Below, piece by piece: positions 10,804 through 23,222 of a stretch of DNA of 64,000 nt; position 1 is the stretch's first letter; each line of letters begins with the position of its first letter. Under the pieces are notes generated by a model. That model was not told where the DNA came from and searched no databases. It worked only from the letters and a program-made list of their open reading frames with translations. This DNA is from Alphaproteobacteria bacterium. GTDB lineage: Bacteria > Pseudomonadota > Alphaproteobacteria > Bin95. The stretch is from positions 256,001 through 320,000 of the forward strand of contig CAXXWS020000003.1 in NCBI GenBank assembly GCA_963665325.3, read 5' to 3'. The position numbers and the translations under genes were made by a program.

Positions 10804-11565
10804 TCAGAGGCGGATGCGGAAGTCGTTGCGGCCTGAGCGGTCCTCGCCGCGCATGAGGAAGAGCGTGCGCTCGGCATGGTCCACCAGGCCCTTCTCGCGG
10901 GCGAGGCGCGACGCGATCTCGCGGTCGAACACGGACGTGGTCGGCATGTAGCGCAAGGTCATGCCGCGGCGCGGCCTGGGGGAGTTGTTGGCCTCCGAGC
11001 CGTGCACCAGATAGACATCGTGCAGCGAGACCTGCCCGGCCTCCAGCTCGATGGGGGCGGCGAGGTCCTCGTCGAACTCGTCCTCGCGCAGCTCCTGGTT
11101 CAGCGTGTAGCTCGGGTCGTCGTTGGTGTTGTGCGCCCGGAGCCGTTTGTCCCGGTGCGAGCCGCGCAGCACGTTCAGGCAGCCGTTTTCCTGCGTCGAG
11201 GCGTCCACCGCGATCCACACCGTGCAGGTCGCGAGCGGGCGCAGGGGCCAGTATTCGCCGTCCTGGTGCCAGGGCGTCTTGCGCCCGTTCAGCGCCGGCT
11301 TGGCGAAGAAGCTGGAGTTCCAGAGCGCGATATCCGGGCCGATCGCCTGCTCCACCATGTCCAGGATTTCGGGCACCCGCGCCCAATTCAGGAAGGCGAG
11401 ATCGTGGGCCAAGAGATTGGGGCAGTAATCGCGATATTCCGGGTGGCGCGAGACCAGCCGCCCGTGATGCGCCCGGATGTCCTCCAGGTCCCGTTCCGGC
11501 AGCCGGAAATCGGGCGTTACGTAGCCGTCCGCGCGGTATTTTTCCAGCTCTTCGGCACTCAACAT
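10804..11565 (-). CDS. Phytanoyl-CoA dioxygenase family (PhyH) Fe(II)/2OG oxygenase
   Basis: FFAKP, WHQD, TVWIAVD, ENGCL, HGSEAN...RR motifs. Confidence 0.9.
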   Translation of the reverse strand: MLSAEELEKYRADGYVTPDFRLPERDLEDIRAHHGRLVSRHPEYRDYCPNLLAHDLAFLNWARVPEILDMVEQAIGPDIALWNSSFFAKPALNGRKTPWHQDGEYWPLRPLATCTVWIAVDASTQENGCLNVLRGSHRDKRLRAHNTNDDPSYTLNQELREDEFDEDLAAPIELEAGQVSLHDVYLVHGSEANNSPRPRRGMTLRYMPTTSVFDREIASRLAREKGLVDHAERTLFLMRGEDRSGRNDFRIRL

Positions 11566-11651
11566 GGTTTCCCCTCGCGAATCCGGACTGCTATACTGTG
11601 CGGCTACCGTAAAGACAGCCGCGCGACACCATAGCCGCTCCGGGAGCGACG

Positions 11652-12785
11652 ATGAAGCTCACCATCGAACGCAGCCAGTTCCTGAAATCGCTCAGCCATG
11701 CGCAGAGCGTGGTCGAACGGGCCAACACCATCCCGATCCTGGGCAATGTCATGCTGGAGGCGGCGGACGGGCGGCTGCGCCTTTCGGCGACCGACCTGGA
11801 GCTGGGCGCCGTCGAGACGGTGGATGCCGATGCGGTCTCGGGCGGCGGCACGACATTGCCGGCGCAGGTGCTCTACGACATCGCCCGCAAGCTGCCCGAC
11901 GGCGCGCAGGTGGAACTGGAGACCGAAGACGGCTCGGACCGTATCCGACTGCGCTGCGGGCGGTCCACCTTCACCTTGTCCGCCCTGCCGCCGGAAGAGT
12001 TCCCGGCGCTCTCCAAGACCGAATTCGCCTGCCGCTTCCAGCTCACCGATAAGGAACTACGCGGCCTGATCGACCGGACCGGCTTCGCTGCCTCGACCGA
12101 GGAGACGCGCTACTACCTGAACGGCATCTACCTCCACACCACCGAGCATGAGGGCGTGCCGGTGCTGCGCGCGGTCGCGACCGACGGCCACCGGCTGGCG
12201 CGCGTCGAGGTGCCGAGGCCGGCCGGCGCGGAGGACATGCCGGGCGGCGTGATCGTGCCGCGCAAGGCGGTCCAGGAGCTCCGCAAGCTGCTAGGAGACG
12301 GGGAAACTGGGAAGGATCTTTCTGTTAATATCTCAGTCTCGGAAACTGGGATTAAGTTTGTTATCGAAAGCGTTGAGCTTACCTCCAAGCTGATTGACGG
12401 CACCTATCCCGACTATGAGCGGGTGATCCCGGTCGGCAACGACAAGCGGCTCGAAGTCGAAAGCGGCATGCTGGCCGAGGCGGTGGACCGGGTCGCGGCG
12501 ATCTCCTCCGAACGCACCCGTGCGATCAAGCTCGCCATCGACGGCGACAGTGTGCAGCTCTCCGCCGCCGACCCGACCTACGGCATGGCGACCGAGGAAA
12601 TCGACGTACGGTTCGACGGGCCGCCGATGGAGATCGGCTTCAACGCGCGCTACCTGCTTGAAATCCTGCGCCGCATCGACGGCGGCACGGCGGCGCTCGA
12701 GCTCGCCGACCCGGCTGCGCCCACGCTGGTGCGCGACATGGCGGACCCGAGCGCGCTCTATGTGCTGATGCCGATGCGCGTCTGA
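11652..12785 (+). CDS. dnaN: DNA polymerase III subunit beta (sliding clamp)
   Basis: TIPILGNV, ATDLE, EETRYYLNG, ATDGHRLA, IGFNARYL, C-terminal VLMPMRV. Confidence 0.97.
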   Translation: MKLTIERSQFLKSLSHAQSVVERANTIPILGNVMLEAADGRLRLSATDLELGAVETVDADAVSGGGTTLPAQVLYDIARKLPDGAQVELETEDGSDRIRLRCGRSTFTLSALPPEEFPALSKTEFACRFQLTDKELRGLIDRTGFAASTEETRYYLNGIYLHTTEHEGVPVLRAVATDGHRLARVEVPRPAGAEDMPGGVIVPRKAVQELRKLLGDGETGKDLSVNISVSETGIKFVIESVELTSKLIDGTYPDYERVIPVGNDKRLEVESGMLAEAVDRVAAISSERTRAIKLAIDGDSVQLSAADPTYGMATEEIDVRFDGPPMEIGFNARYLLEILRRIDGGTAALELADPAAPTLVRDMADPSALYVLMPMRV

Positions 12786-12788
12786 TCC

Positions 12789-16363
<3,575 letters not shown>

Positions 16364-16496
16364 GGAGACAGCCATTCATATCTCGACTCAATGAGTCTAT
16401 TCGACCTACAGCGCGTGAGGATTGACGAAGGATATCAGCCAGGTTAGCTATGAGCGTTTTGCACAATGCTGCAAACTTGGCAGGGGGAGAGTTGTC

Positions 16497-16847
16497 GTGG
16501 CGACCAAGATCATGCTTAAGCACGAAGCAAGTGGGCTAGTAAAGCCAGGATATTATGGCTTTAGCTGGACGTATCTGCTATTTGGATTTTTCGTTCCTGC
16601 TTTCCGGGGAGAAATAATCATCGCAATTCTTCACCTATTTTTGAATCTTATTACGTTTGGGATTTGGTGGATAGCCATGTGGTTCTTGTACAATAAGCAG
16701 TTTATGAGGCGTATGTTGGAAAGTGGTTGGACTCTTGCGGGTAGCGATGCAGAGAATCGAATTGCTGCTGCATCGATTGGTGTAATTTTGCCAAATCCAA
16801 CGGACCCGGCATTGGCAACACCGGTTAAACAAAAATCCGATGAGTAA
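16497..16847 (+). CDS. Small membrane protein (DUF2628/HrgC-like) on a low-GC islet
   Basis: GTG start after GGGGGAG. GFSWTYLLFGFFVPAFRGE plus a hydrophobic hairpin and YNK...GW motif; AT-rich codons. Confidence 0.65.
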   Translation: MATKIMLKHEASGLVKPGYYGFSWTYLLFGFFVPAFRGEIIIAILHLFLNLITFGIWWIAMWFLYNKQFMRRMLESGWTLAGSDAENRIAAASIGVILPNPTDPALATPVKQKSDE

Positions 16848-17071
16848 ACTAAGTGGCGTTCCAGAAAGCATTTTCTAATTTCTGCTTTCCGCAAGTTTAA
16901 CTCTGAAGCCTGACGCCTGAATGGCACTTGTACCATTCATCAAGGCTTATTCTAGTTCCGCGGACGACTATCCTTCATTTTCCGAACGCCCTTGACGCGC
17001 AGGCGCCTGCCGGGGCAGTTTCGACACCCTGCGAACACCGCCCATAGCGCCCCGGGGAGGGCACCCGTCCC

Positions 17072-18187
17072 ATGCATGTCGGCCTGAGCTGCTTTTTCCA
17101 GAATCCGGACAAGAAACTGACCGACCGGGAGGTCTGGCAGCAGGAGGTGGCGCTTGCGGACGCGGCGGAGCCGATGGGCTTCGACAGCATCTGGTCGGCC
17201 GAGCACCATTTCACCGACTACACCATGTGCCCGAGCGTGACCCAGTTCCTGACCTACATGGCCGGGCGGACGACGCGCGCCGGCCTCGGCACCATGGTTG
17301 TCGTGCTGCCCTGGCACGAGCCGGTCCGGGTCGCCGAAGAGCTTGCGCTGCTCGACCACCTGTCGAACGGGCGGGTGATCTTCGGCATGGGGCGCGGCCT
17401 CGGACGGGTCGAGTTCAACGGCTTCCGCCTCGAAATGGGCGAGAGCCGCGAGCGCTTCGTCGAATATGCCGAGGCCGTGATGGGCGCGCTGGAGACCGGC
17501 ACCATCGAGAGCGACGGCAAGCATCTCCGCCAGCCGCCGACGGACATCCGCCCGCAGCCCTTCAAGTCCTTCCGCGGGCGCACCTACGCCGCCTCCGTCT
17601 CGCCGCAGTCGGCGGAGATCATGGCGCGCCTCGGCATCGGCATCCTCATCATCGCCCAGAAGCCCTGGGAGAAGACGCTGGAGGAGCTGGAGAACTATCG
17701 CGAGCTCTACCGCCGGCACAATGGCGGCGAGGAAGCGCCGAAGCCCATCATCGCCAGCTTCGTCGCGGTGCATGAGGACCGCGAGAAGGCGCGCGAGATG
17801 TACGAGAACTACATCGTCGGCTACTGCCGCTCGGCGCTCAAGCACTACGAGTTCCACAATGAGGGCCTGGCCGACATTCCGGGCTACGAATATTACGGCG
17901 CGCTCGCCCGCAACATCCACAAGCACGGCATCGACACCTTCGTGCGCTTCCTCGCCGACCTCCAGGTCTGGGGCACGCCGGACGAGGTGGTCGAAGGCGT
18001 GCTCGCCAATGTCGAGCGGGCCGGCTGCGGCGGCTTCCTCGCGGCGCTCTCCTATGGCGGCATGCCCTACGACATCGCGCGCGAGAACCAGCGCCTCTTC
18101 GCCGAGAAGGTGCTCCCCCGCCTCAAGGCGCACGACACCGGCGTCGAGATCGGCGCCGCCCCGCCGCTGGCAGCGGCTGCCGAATAG
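17072..18187 (+). CDS. LLM-class flavin-dependent oxidoreductase
   Basis: [43 protein letters not shown]. Confidence 0.9.
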   Translation: MHVGLSCFFQNPDKKLTDREVWQQEVALADAAEPMGFDSIWSAEHHFTDYTMCPSVTQFLTYMAGRTTRAGLGTMVVVLPWHEPVRVAEELALLDHLSNGRVIFGMGRGLGRVEFNGFRLEMGESRERFVEYAEAVMGALETGTIESDGKHLRQPPTDIRPQPFKSFRGRTYAASVSPQSAEIMARLGIGILIIAQKPWEKTLEELENYRELYRRHNGGEEAPKPIIASFVAVHEDREKAREMYENYIVGYCRSALKHYEFHNEGLADIPGYEYYGALARNIHKHGIDTFVRFLADLQVWGTPDEVVEGVLANVERAGCGGFLAALSYGGMPYDIARENQRLFAEKVLPRLKAHDTGVEIGAAPPLAAAAE

Positions 18188-18199
18188 GCCGGGCTCGAC

Positions 18200-18508
18200 G
18201 TGGGCACCTGCGAAGCCCTGCCGAATGCCGATTGTCCGGGCGCGAACCTTGAGGATGCGAACCTCGAGGACGCCAATCTGGAAGATGCGAATCTGAGGGG
18301 CGCCAACCTGAAACGGGCGAACCTGAAGGCGGCGAATTTAGCGGGAGCGAACCTTGAGAAAGCCGACCTGGCGGACGCGAACCTGGAGGACGCGAACCTG
18401 CAGGGCGCGAACCTGAAGGACGCCAATCTCTCGGGAGCCTCGCTTGTCGACGCCAATCTTGCCGGTGCCAACCTGTCGGGTGCGAGGCTTTCGGGCCGAA
18501 CCGGCTGA
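18200..18508 (+). CDS. Pentapeptide repeat protein, possibly N-terminally truncated
   Basis: Continuous A(N/D)Lxx repeats encoded by 15-nt tandem units; no clear RBS or signal peptide. Confidence 0.65.
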   Translation: MGTCEALPNADCPGANLEDANLEDANLEDANLRGANLKRANLKAANLAGANLEKADLADANLEDANLQGANLKDANLSGASLVDANLAGANLSGARLSGRTG

Positions 18509-18521
18509 GGGCGGCGCGACT

Positions 18522-19694
18522 ATGCTTGCGGAGGATTTCGGGCTCGGCGAGGAACAGCGGCTGCTTCGTGACATGGTGCGCGCGTTTGCCCGCGGGAGGG
18601 TGGCGCCGCGCGCGGCGGAGATCGACCGGGAGGCCGCCTATCCGCACGACATGTTCGCGGCGCTGCGCGACCTCGGCCTCTTCGCGCTGCCCTTCCCGGA
18701 GCGCTACGGAGGCACGGACAGCGTGCTCTCCGGCTGCCTCGCCATCGAGGAGCTGGGCCGTGTCTGCTACAACACCGCCTACCTGCTGCTGGTGCAGTGG
18801 ACGCCCTTCGCGGCCGTGCTGGCGGGCGGCTCGCCGGAGCAGCATGAGCGCTGGCTGCCGGGCCTCGCCAGCGGCGAGTTGAAGGCCGCCATTTCCGTCA
18901 CCGAGCCGCAATCCGGCTCCGACGCCGCCGGCATTACGACGCGCGCGACCCGAACGGAGGGCGGCTACCGGATCGACGGGGCCAAGGTCTGGTGCACCAA
19001 CAGCCCGGAAGCCGATTTCATCGTCGTGGCCGCCAAGACGGATCCCTCGGCAAGGCATCGCGGCATTTCCATGTTCGCGGTGGAGAAGGGAACGCCCGGC
19101 CTCACCGTCGGCGCGCCGGAGCGCAAGCTCGGCTCGCGCGGCATCCCCTCCTGCCCGCTCTTCTTCGACGGCGCCTTCGTGCCGGAGGAGAACCGGATCG
19201 GGCCGGAGGGCGAGGGGTGGCTCACGGTGATGGAGGCCTTCAACCGCTCGCGCCCGATGATCGGCGCACGCGGCGTCGGCCTGGCTCAGGGCGCGCTCGA
19301 CCTCGCGGCGGATTTCGTGCGCGGCCGCCGGGCCTTCGGTGAGCGGGTCGCCGACTTCCAGGGCGTGCGCTGGATGCTGGCGGACATGACCATGCGCACC
19401 GAGGCCGCCCGCCAGATGGTCTACAAGGCGGCCGCGCTCGCGGACGCGGGCGTTTCGGGCCGCGCGCTCGCGCCCTGGGCGGCGATGGCGAAATGCATGG
19501 CCACCGACGCTGCCATGTCGGTCGCGACCGATGCGGTGCAGCTCTGGGGCTCCGCCGGCATTTCGGCCGACAATCCCGTCGAGCGCTTCTTCCGCGACGC
19601 CAAGGTGCTCCAGATCGTCGAGGGCACCAACCAGATCCAGCGCAACATAATCGGCCGCCACGCCGTCGAGACGCTGGGCGCGGGGTCCGCCTGA
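18522..19694 (+). CDS. Acyl-CoA dehydrogenase family protein
   Basis: TEPQSGSDA, GAKVWCTN, ERKLGSRG, FQGVRWMLADM, RDAKVLQIVEGTNQIQR. Confidence 0.92.
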   Translation: MLAEDFGLGEEQRLLRDMVRAFARGRVAPRAAEIDREAAYPHDMFAALRDLGLFALPFPERYGGTDSVLSGCLAIEELGRVCYNTAYLLLVQWTPFAAVLAGGSPEQHERWLPGLASGELKAAISVTEPQSGSDAAGITTRATRTEGGYRIDGAKVWCTNSPEADFIVVAAKTDPSARHRGISMFAVEKGTPGLTVGAPERKLGSRGIPSCPLFFDGAFVPEENRIGPEGEGWLTVMEAFNRSRPMIGARGVGLAQGALDLAADFVRGRRAFGERVADFQGVRWMLADMTMRTEAARQMVYKAAALADAGVSGRALAPWAAMAKCMATDAAMSVATDAVQLWGSAGISADNPVERFFRDAKVLQIVEGTNQIQRNIIGRHAVETLGAGSA

Positions 19695-19746
19695 TACCAG
19701 CGGTCTCGGTGCAAGACTCTTGGCGGCTATCCGGAGGCCCCACATT

Positions 19747-19847
19747 GTCGCCCCGGCCTTGAGCCGGGGCCCAGCCTTGCCGGCTCAGCCCTCAGACGCC
19801 TCGACAGGCTGGGCCCCGGATCGCCGCTCCGCGCCGTCCAGGGTGAC
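19747..19847. repeat. Alphaproteobacterial palindromic element (RPE/REP-like)
   Basis: GTCGCCCCGG-CCTTGAG-CCGGGGCCCAGCCT ... AGGCTGGGCCCCGG ... CCAGGGTGAC nested inverted repeats in an intergenic gap. Confidence 0.65.
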
Positions 19848-20033
19848 GAGAGGGGACCGGTCCTGCCGGCCGGCAACGCATGCCCCGGCTCCGCCTGACT
19901 GCCGTGGAACCCGGTCTCCGTCATCGGTTCCCGCCAATGACCGCCGGTATGACGCACGGTTCCTGTTGACAGCGCAGCAGGCGGCGGGCTGGAGTCCCGG
20001 CTGTGCGCAAAGGCGGCGCCGGTGGAGAGTGCC

Positions 20034-22256
20034 ATGCTGTTTCACCACGCATCGAAGAACCGGCCGTTCCATCTCGGCACCTATCCGATGGAGGTGCTGC
20101 CGCGCGACGGGGCGGTGATTGCAGCAGAAGCGGCCCGCCCCCGGGCCGGGCCAACGGACGCCGCTGTGGCAGGCGGGGCGCTCGGGCCTGCCGTGCTCCA
20201 CTACCGGGACCTGTTCGCACGGTTCGCGGAAGGCGGGCCGGCGGAGGAAACGGCCCCCGTCCCCGCAAGGCTCGACAGGCGCGCACAGGACATCAAGGGC
20301 TGCTCCTACTTCATGGATGCTGACCAGGTCGGCATCTGCCGGATTCCGGAAAGCGCATGGCTCGAGGGCCTGCCCGCAATCGACGGGCACAGCCACGCGG
20401 TCGTCATACTGGTCGCGCTGCCCGCCGTGCCAGACCGGGACAATCCCGCCCGCGCCTGGGTCGAGGACGCCGTCGCCGCGACGGCGGAGATGCGCGTGCT
20501 GGAGATTGCCGCCTGCACCGCCGGCCATATCCGCCAGATGGGCTTCGAGGCCCGTATCCACCATCCCGGCAACGAAAGCCTCGACCGCGAGCGGCTCGCC
20601 GTTCTGTCCGGACTCTGCCTGCGCGCGGAGGGCGGCGGGCTGCTCAACCCCTATATCGAGGGCGGTTTCGCGCTCGCTGCGATCTCGACCAACTACGAAC
20701 TGGAATGCGACAGCCCGCTCGGCTCCGGCGCCGCCCATGCGCGCAACCGGGCCTGGCGCAAGGGCATCGCCGGCGCCGTCTCCGGCCGCGAACGCGCGCG
20801 CCGCGCCCGGCGGAAGTCGCACCAAAGCCGCTACCCGATGGAGCAGGTCCGGCGCGTGGACCGGCCCACCACCCTCATCATCGACGAAGAGGTGCCGCGC
20901 GTGCCGCAGCGCGCCGCCTTCTTCACGCGGGCAGCCAAGGGCGATCTCGGCGAGAAGTCGCGGCGCGAGCGCGCCCGCTTCGCCTTCAAGCACCCGCTCT
21001 CCTTCAGCCAGCTCCAGCTCATCCGCGCCATGGTGCCCCACCAGGACGGCGAGACCGCCGGCCCGCCGGACGGGGACCGCTATGGCGACCCGGCGGCGAA
21101 TGCGCGCGCGGTCAAGGCGCTCTCCTATTTCCTGGGCTCGGACCTGACGGGCATTTGCGAGATCCCGCGCTATGCCTGGTTCTCGCACCGGGAGGACGGC
21201 AGCCCCATCGAGATGAACCACCGCTATGCCGTCGTCATGCTGATCGACCAGGGCTACGACACCATGGAAGGGGCGAGCGGCGACGACTGGATTTCCGGCG
21301 CCCAGTCCATGCGCGGCTATCTGCGCGGCGCGGAGATCGCCGGCATCATGGGCGAGACGCTCCGGGGCCTGGGCTTCCCCTCCCGCGCCCAGACCAATGC
21401 GGACAGCGACGTGCTCCACATTCCGCTGCTGCTATGGGCGGGGCTCGGCGAGCTCAGCCGCATCGGCGAACTGGTGCTCAACCCCTTTGTCGGCCCGCGT
21501 TTCAAGTCCGTGGTGCTCACCACCGACATGCCGATGGAGGTGGACCGGCCCATAGACTTCGGCCTCCAGTATTTCTGCGACCATTGCCACAAATGCGACC
21601 GCGAATGCCCCTGCGACGCCATTCCGCACGGGCCCAAGGTGATGTTCAACGGCTACGAGATATGGAAGCCCGATGTCGAGCGCTGCACCCGCTACCGGCT
21701 CACCAACATGCGCGGCTCGGCCTGCGGGCGCTGCATGAAGACCTGCCCGCTCAACAAGGTGGTGGACATGGACGGCGGCCTGCTGCCGCGCGCGGCAAGC
21801 TGGCTCGGCGTCAATGCGATGTTCCTGAAGCCGGCGCTGGTGCCGGTCGCGACATGGCTCGACGACAGGCTCGGCAACGGCCGGCGCAACCCCGTGAAGA
21901 AATGGTGGTTCGACCACGAGATCGTGGACGGCGTGACGGTCGCCGCGAAAGGCGCCAACGAGCGCGAGATCGACCCGGGCAAGACGGTCGATGCGGCGCG
22001 CCAGAAGATCGCCTACTACCACGCCGACGCGATGCCCCCGCCCGACCGGCAGACGCCCCTGCCCGTGGACCGCAAGGCGGCGCTGGCCGCGGCGGCACTG
22101 GTCGAAACGCCGGCGGAGGCGCGCAAGCGCCTCGCGGCAGGCGGCGCCGCGCCGGCGCACTATGTTCCGACGCCTCCTGCGGACGGCGAAGGTGAGGACG
22201 CTGATGGCGGCGAGGGCGGACGGCCTGCCGCCAGCCCCTACGGGAAGGGCGGGTAA
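20034..22256 (+). CDS. rdhA: Catabolic (non-respiratory) cobalamin-dependent reductive dehalogenase, NpRdhA-like
   Basis: AGLGELSRIG, GPRFKSVVLTTD, Fe-S motifs CDHCHKCDRECP and C..CGRCMKTCP, duplicated N-terminal domain, no Tat signal, no adjacent rdhB. Confidence 0.9.
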   Translation: MLFHHASKNRPFHLGTYPMEVLPRDGAVIAAEAARPRAGPTDAAVAGGALGPAVLHYRDLFARFAEGGPAEETAPVPARLDRRAQDIKGCSYFMDADQVGICRIPESAWLEGLPAIDGHSHAVVILVALPAVPDRDNPARAWVEDAVAATAEMRVLEIAACTAGHIRQMGFEARIHHPGNESLDRERLAVLSGLCLRAEGGGLLNPYIEGGFALAAISTNYELECDSPLGSGAAHARNRAWRKGIAGAVSGRERARRARRKSHQSRYPMEQVRRVDRPTTLIIDEEVPRVPQRAAFFTRAAKGDLGEKSRRERARFAFKHPLSFSQLQLIRAMVPHQDGETAGPPDGDRYGDPAANARAVKALSYFLGSDLTGICEIPRYAWFSHREDGSPIEMNHRYAVVMLIDQGYDTMEGASGDDWISGAQSMRGYLRGAEIAGIMGETLRGLGFPSRAQTNADSDVLHIPLLLWAGLGELSRIGELVLNPFVGPRFKSVVLTTDMPMEVDRPIDFGLQYFCDHCHKCDRECPCDAIPHGPKVMFNGYEIWKPDVERCTRYRLTNMRGSACGRCMKTCPLNKVVDMDGGLLPRAASWLGVNAMFLKPALVPVATWLDDRLGNGRRNPVKKWWFDHEIVDGVTVAAKGANEREIDPGKTVDAARQKIAYYHADAMPPPDRQTPLPVDRKAALAAAALVETPAEARKRLAAGGAAPAHYVPTPPADGEGEDADGGEGGRPAASPYGKGG

Positions 22257-22332
22257 CGCCGGTTTCGGCGGGCGCCGGGGTCCGCGCCGCTGACCCCGGC
22301 TGTCGGAACGCACAAGCAGGAGAGCAAGCCCA

Positions 22333-22692
22333 ATGATTGCCGTCATATTCGAAGTGGAGCCCGCCGAGGGCCAGCGGGACACCTATCTCGATATCGCTGC
22401 GGGGCTGCGTGACGAGCTGATGGAGATGGACGGCTTCATCTCCATTGAGCGGTTCGAGAGCCTGAACCGACCGGGCAAGCTGTTGTCGCTGTCGTTCTGG
22501 CGCGACGAGCAGGCGGTGCGCGCATGGCGCAGCAGGCCGCGCCACCGCGCCGCGCAGACACGCGGCCGCGGCGGGGTCTTTTCCGGCTATCGCCTGCGGG
22601 TGGCGTCGGTAGTCCGTGACTACGGGTTGGAGGAACGGGCCGAGGCTCCTTCGGATTCCCGCGACCTGCACGACCCGGCACCCATTGCCTGA
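22333..22692 (+). CDS. Antibiotic biosynthesis monooxygenase (ABM) family protein
   Basis: MIAVIFEV, GFISIERFESL, LSLSFWRDE, HRAAQ, YRLRVASVVRDYG. Confidence 0.9.
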   Translation: MIAVIFEVEPAEGQRDTYLDIAAGLRDELMEMDGFISIERFESLNRPGKLLSLSFWRDEQAVRAWRSRPRHRAAQTRGRGGVFSGYRLRVASVVRDYGLEERAEAPSDSRDLHDPAPIA

Positions 22693-22728
22693 GAATGTTT
22701 GCCGGGGTTTCGTGAAAAATTGCTGCAT

Positions 22729-22783
22729 ATTCACATTTTGTTTAATTTCGAGCTTGACATAAGGGAAAATAAACCGATATAAG
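22729..22783 (+). promoter_or_regulatory. Sigma70-like promoter with upstream LexA-box-like motif (copy A)
   Basis: ATTC-N7-GTTT (22729-22743), 10 nt, TTGACA (22754-22759), TATAAG (22778-22783). Confidence 0.5.
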
Positions 22784-23000
22784 ACCTGCAGAAGGGGCAT
22801 CCGGAGCCGCTTCTCCGGCGCCGCGCGGCCGGCGGCGCCATTTTCGAAAACCCCTGAGAAACTGACGGGAGACGTGCGCCCTCTGCCTCGCGCGCGCAAT
22901 CAGGTGCGCGAACCGCGCCGGCGCCAACGCGCGCCCGCGCCCGTGTGCGAAACGCGCGCGGCAAAGGGTCCGCCGCTCCCGGACCGGCAAGGAGACAGGA

Positions 23001-23222
23001 ATGACCGCAACCGACCCCCGCCCCGCACTCGCGGCGATGCCAGCCCGGAGCCGCCGCCCCCGGACGAGGCGTCGTGACACCCCCGGTGAGCCGGAGGCGG
23101 TGTCCGGCTACGACGGCAGCCGGGACACGCCCGAAATCAGGGCGTGGGACGAACGGCAGAAGCGCCGCAAGGAGGCCTCCAGCGCCCGCTACCTCGAGGC
23201 CGCCGGCCGGCGCGGAACATGA
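23001..23222 (+). pseudogene. Internally deleted homolog of the 33622-34185 ORF
   Basis: AGGAG RBS. Shares MTATDPRP, AVSxYDG, DGSRD and TPExRAWxERQxRR with the 187-aa copy; the EPPPPD segment survives out of frame. Confidence 0.6.

Noticed and set aside
11566-11651. oriC next to dnaN
   Set aside because: Short gap without DnaA boxes or an AT-rich unwinding element
12291-12400. dnaN patch as a DGR variable region
   Set aside because: No template repeat or reverse transcriptase in the window
22866-22975. Element leader as a glycine or cobalamin riboswitch
   Set aside because: Has GGAGA and TCAGG-like words but lacks CCGAAG and the B12 box; downstream genes are unrelated to these ligands
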